A DNA stretch of 54,660 bases from Intoshia linei (Eukaryota > Animalia > Orthonectida): assembly GCA_001642005.1 (NCBI GenBank), contig LWCA01000104.1:1-54660 (forward strand), in the 5' to 3' direction. The notes under the pieces are model-generated. The model was given only the letters and a program-made list of their open reading frames with translations. It did no database searches and had not been told where the DNA came from. How positions within the stretch are numbered: the stretch's first letter is position 1; each line of letters opens with the position of its first letter. Positions 50,581-54,660 of this stretch are shown here, in pieces. Both the position numbers and the translations under genes were made by a program.

Positions 50581-51299
50581 GTTATAACAATAATGCATAA
50601 ACATTTTTGTTGGAATAATAAACAGTAAGTGAATTCACAAAATAATGTAAAAAATAGACAACATATTGTAATTGACATAATTCAATTTTCGTGTGATTTT
50701 TTCAATAAAAGTTTTAAAAAATTACCATAAATAATTTTCATTATATTATATCTAAATTTTCCAAAAACCAATCAATTTAATGAATTAAAGGTGGTCCAAA
50801 GCGTGGTCAGCGAGTCGCATGTTGCCCGCCAGATCAAACCGTGTTACCCGAGAAATTGTTTGGTAATATGTTTTGTAAAAATTATTTTTTGGTCTTCACT
50901 CGCCAAATGTTTGGACCTACTTGAATTAAATTATTTACCATTTTTAATGCTTTGAACAATTTTATTGATCCAACAATCATAAAAGACGATGCTAAAAGCT
51001 AAAAAACGTATGTATGTAATATTCATATAAATGTATGTATGCTGTCTATTGATAGTTATATAATATGATAGATATGTAGACCAATTTGTAATAATAAATT
51101 CATGTTTGAAAAATATTAAGTCACTTATCAAAAAATATTTTAAACTTCACCATATCTGGATTTGAGCCACAGGTTTGAAAGTAAAACTTTCAAACTATAG
51201 AATCAACTTTCAATTATAATTTTAAGATGTTTTTGCAATATTGATAACATTGCTTCAGACGAAATTCATGATAAAAGAAAGATGTATGTAGTACATACT

Positions 51300-51448
51300 A
51301 TGTACTACAGGTATTTAAAATTTATGTTTTTTGGAATGCTTTTTATTTATGACAATAGTTTTACGGTTATACATCAATAGCCTATAATCAATTAAAAAGT
51401 CGGCACAGCTAGCTGCTGTTTGTACGAATTACATAACAGTCAAGCTAG
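51300..51448 (+). mobile_element. Helitron-like 3' terminal fragment
   Basis: TCGGCACAGCTAGCTGCTGTTTGTACGAATTACATAACAGTCAAGCTAG|T is nearly identical to the terminus at 47868-47917. Confidence 0.65.
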
Positions 51449-52053
51449 TATTCTATAAGATAAAGTACATATCAGTCATAATTTTAAAAATTACTTGTAA
51501 TACTTTTATCGTACTAACATCATTAATTTTTCCATTAATAGAGTCTAAATATAATTATATTGATATTAATTTCCACTTTTTCTAAGATATAAACTAAATA
51601 CATTAGGGTGTCACACCAATCTAAAAATCAAGGATAATGAATGCTCAATCTGTTAATTTCAGTAATATTAAAAATAGTCGCAATAAAAATGTTTAACGCC
51701 ATCTATTCTAGTTGCATTTGTAATTTATCATATAAAATGTTAACATGTAAATAAAAATTGAAACTAAGCTTTATTTGAGGTTAAAGTAGATATAAAGGTA
51801 CCATGGGTATGTGTAGGGTTAGCAATTTACCGAATAAATTTATACCGGATTATTTTTTTTAATATCAAAAATAATTTACTTAAGAACATAATAATAATAT
51901 AGCAAATATACATATGGCAGTACTTAAATTTGAAATGGGTCGCATGCGAATTGCGGGCAGCAAGTTTAACACGACTGATGTATACAATATTTTACTTTAA
52001 AATAATACCATCAGAATCCATATAATATAATTTCAATAAGTTGGAATTCCTTT

Positions 52054-52391
52054 TGTAATATCAAAATAAAAAATTAACGTCTCAAAAAAAATATAATACT
52101 ATAAAATAAGAATATATTGCAATGCTACACTAAAATTAAAAAAAATTAAATACATTATCGTTAAGATTTCTATAACTTTATTAGCGTAGAATGTATACTT
52201 ATGCAATAAAATGTTAACATATTGAATTTTAGAAATTAAAAAAATCCAGAGTCGTACGGCATGAGAAATGAGTTAAACCTAACTATAGTGTTTATAAGTT
52301 TAATCACAAGTTTAAAATAATTTTGAGGGTATGTTCTAGTGCGATAACGATAATAGAGTATTAAATAAAGATATGTTGTTATTGCACTACA
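52054..52391 (-). repeat. Putative 3' LTR of the Gypsy element
   Basis: On the minus strand the polypurine tract AAATGGGGAGG (52402-52392) is followed directly by TGTAG. An AATAAA lies near 52180 and a candidate end ...ATTACA at 52054. The distal boundary is uncertain. Confidence 0.6.
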
Positions 52392-52474
52392 CCTCCCCAT
52401 TTGAGTCGACGATGTAGTCTTGAAATTTTAAAGGTAATTTTGAGACTCGAGACTTGTATCTAGGTTGTTCTTTA

Positions 52475-52551
52475 AAAATTTTTGGTTCATTAGATATAAA
52501 ATTTTTGGTTCATTAGATATAAAATTTTTGGTTCATTAGATATAAAATTTT
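52475..52551. repeat. 23-bp tandem repeat, about 3.3 copies, in the Gypsy 3' region
   Basis: AAAATTTTTGGTTCATTAGATAT at 52475, 52498 and 52521. Confidence 0.9.
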
Positions 52552-52587
52552 CAGCATGATAGGATACTGATTTTTGAACTTTTTTAT

Positions 52588-53170
52588 CGTAATTGTTTTT
52601 TATTCTCAATAAATAATTGTTTCTATACGCCAGAGTGTCTTTCCAAGAACTTTTCGACAACAAGAATAGTAATTTGGAATGGATGAGCTTCTTTGTGACC
52701 CGAATAAAACCTCTAATGGCGAGATTCTCCATTTTTTGTGAGGTAATAGACGAACGGATAACAATATATCGTTTAAATATTCGTCCCAATTTGACCAATT
52801 TCTTGCAACATATGTTCAACTTCTCTCAAAAATATCGATTAAATCGTTCTACCGCCCCATTTTGTTGATGTCGATATGGTTCNCGTAATTGTTTTTCATT
52901 CTCAATAAATAATTGTTTCTATACGCCAGAGTGTCTTTCCAAGAACTTTTCGAACAGTAATTTGGAATGGATGAGCTTCTTTGTGACCCGAATAAAACCT
53001 CTAATGGCGAGATTCTCCATTTTTTGTGAGGTAATAGACGAACGGATAACAATATATCGTTTAAATATTCGTCCCAATTTGACCAATTTCTTGCAACATA
53101 TGTTCAACTTCTCTCAAAAATATCGATTAAATCGTTCTACCGCCCCATTTTGTTGATGTCGATATGGTTC
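52588..53170. repeat. About 290-bp direct duplication of integrase sequence around a single N
   Basis: 52588-52882 and 52884-53170 are near-identical and are separated by the N at 52883. Confidence 0.9.
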
Positions 53171-54660
53171 TGAAGTAGATCGTTTTATTTCAAATCGCTT
53201 ACATAATTCTTTAAATAAATTAGATTCGAATTGTTTACCAAGATCCGTATGAATTTCTAACGGAGGTCCGTATCTAGTTATAATGTGTAAATATTTAACA
53301 TCAACTATAATATCTGCAGAAATATTAAAAACAGGACAACTTTCAACCCATTCACTGTAATGATCCACCATATTTATAACATATTTAAAACCATTATTCG
53401 ATTCAGTGAAAGGATCACATATATCAATTTGCCAAAGAAAATTAAATTTATCAGTTTTAACAAGTTTTAATTCTATATAAAAATTATGATTACGAGACTT
53501 GTTAATGTTACACATATGTTACAATTTTGTATGTAGCTAACAATTGTGCGTGTTTGTTGTAGCCAAAAATAGAGTTAATTAAGTATTCGTTTGGTTTTTG
53601 AAATTCCAGGATGACAATAACTGTAATTTGTGTGATAATATTCCAGAATTTTTGAAATTAATTTTGGTGGAACTACTGGAACCAAAATATCACCTTTTTT
53701 AAAATATAGTATGGCATCCTTTATTATTAAATTCTTTTTAAAACGATAATATATATTATCTTTCGTGATTTCATTAATACTACATAAAGCTTTCTGACAG
53801 TCATTATTATTGGAATGATATGTCTGTACATCAAATGAAACTGGTACAAAATTTGATAGAGTTAACGGAATAAACTGAGGACGTAACAGTATATCTGCAG
53901 TATAATTAAATTTTCCTTCTCTATATATTATTTCAAAATTGTAATTTTCAAGTTGTTGAATCCATTTGAATTGCCTTTTACTTAATCTTTTGGAGTTTCT
54001 AATATACACTAGAGGTCGATGATCAGTAATAACTGTAAATGTAATACCATAAAGATAATATTTAAATTTTGAAATGGCCCATGCTACGGCTAATAATTCT
54101 TTTTCAACGGTGCTATAATTATTTTCCGTTTTTGTAAAAATTTTACTTGCACATTCTATTATTGACCCATTCTGCTTCAATAGGGCACCCATTGCTTTAT
54201 CTGAAGCATCAGTTTCTAGAATGAAAGGTACATCTACTATTGGAAATGATAGTACCGGTGCCGAAGTTAAAGCCTTTTTTAAATTAATAAAAGCCTTATT
54301 ACAATCATTAGTCCAAATAAATTGCGATTTACGCTTTAGTAAGTCATGTAATGGTCCAACTATATCAGCAAAGTTTTTTATGTATTGTCTATGATAACTA
54401 CACATTCCTATAAAAGAACGTAACCGTTTAAGAGTGGTAGGTGCTGCTATATTTCCTATAGCTTTTACTTTATTTGGGTCAATGTTAATTCCGTCTTTAT
54501 CAACAATGTGGCCCAATATATTTATTTTTTCCTGACTAACAAATGTTTTAATAGGCTTTAATGTGATGTTATATTTGTGTATTCGCATAAACACTTCTTT
54601 TAAATCTTTTTTATACTGATCTTTATCATTAGATGCTACTATAATATCATCCATATAACA

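Larger units (their letters stand above)
52392..54660 (-). mobile_element. pol: Ty3/Gypsy LTR retrotransposon pol (RT C-terminus, RNase H, integrase), disrupted, running off the window
   Basis: YMDD at the window end; RNase H LETDASD...YSTVEKELLAV..VITDHRPL; integrase HPGISKT, WQIDI, IHTDLGKQFES, QQNGAVERFN. The RT-RH-INT order indicates Gypsy. A frameshift lies between ORFs 53575-54654 and 53114-53515. Confidence 0.95.

Noticed and set aside
1-54660. tRNA or rRNA genes
   Set aside because: No cloverleaf with A/B boxes and no rRNA-like conserved GC-rich segment was seen.

Overview
Very AT-rich, gene-dense eukaryotic (metazoan) genomic DNA with many GT-AG introns of about 35-60 nt. It is not prokaryotic, so most ORF-track entries are single exons or spurious antisense frames. 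The compact layout is consistent with a reduced animal genome such as an orthonectid-like parasite, but the host is only an inference. Manual splicing gives, left to right: a degenerate PKD1-like (REJ/GPS) locus (+), TCERG1 (+), Derlin-2/3 (-), an orphan gene (+), BTBD16 (+), X11/Mint/LIN-10 (-), a p55-subfamily MAGUK (-), two intact Ly6/three-finger GPI-type genes plus one pseudogene copy (+), an M14B carboxypeptidase E/D-like gene (-) and FAM174 (+). Transposon debris is interspersed: hAT, Tc1/Tc3, a Transib/Chapaev-like fragment, a PIF/Harbinger/ISL2EU-like element with TIRs, Helitron-like repeats, MITEs, a LINE remnant, and a Ty3/Gypsy pol with its 3' LTR at the right end. Points of most interest: (i) the MAGUK stop lies only about 140 bp upstream of the co-oriented LIN-10/Mint gene, which is operon-like; (ii) two separate tail-to-tail gene pairs both have stop codons 41 bp apart; (iii) the Ly6-like family carries a long Cys-free insert; (iv) the IS5-like DDE transposon contains an intron and has TA flanks; (v) the carboxypeptidase needs a GC-AG intron; (vi) two nested MITEs have perfect TSDs. 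Exon boundaries were read by eye and no database searches were run. I see no clear evidence of a wholly new system; the candidates are ranked in the findings.
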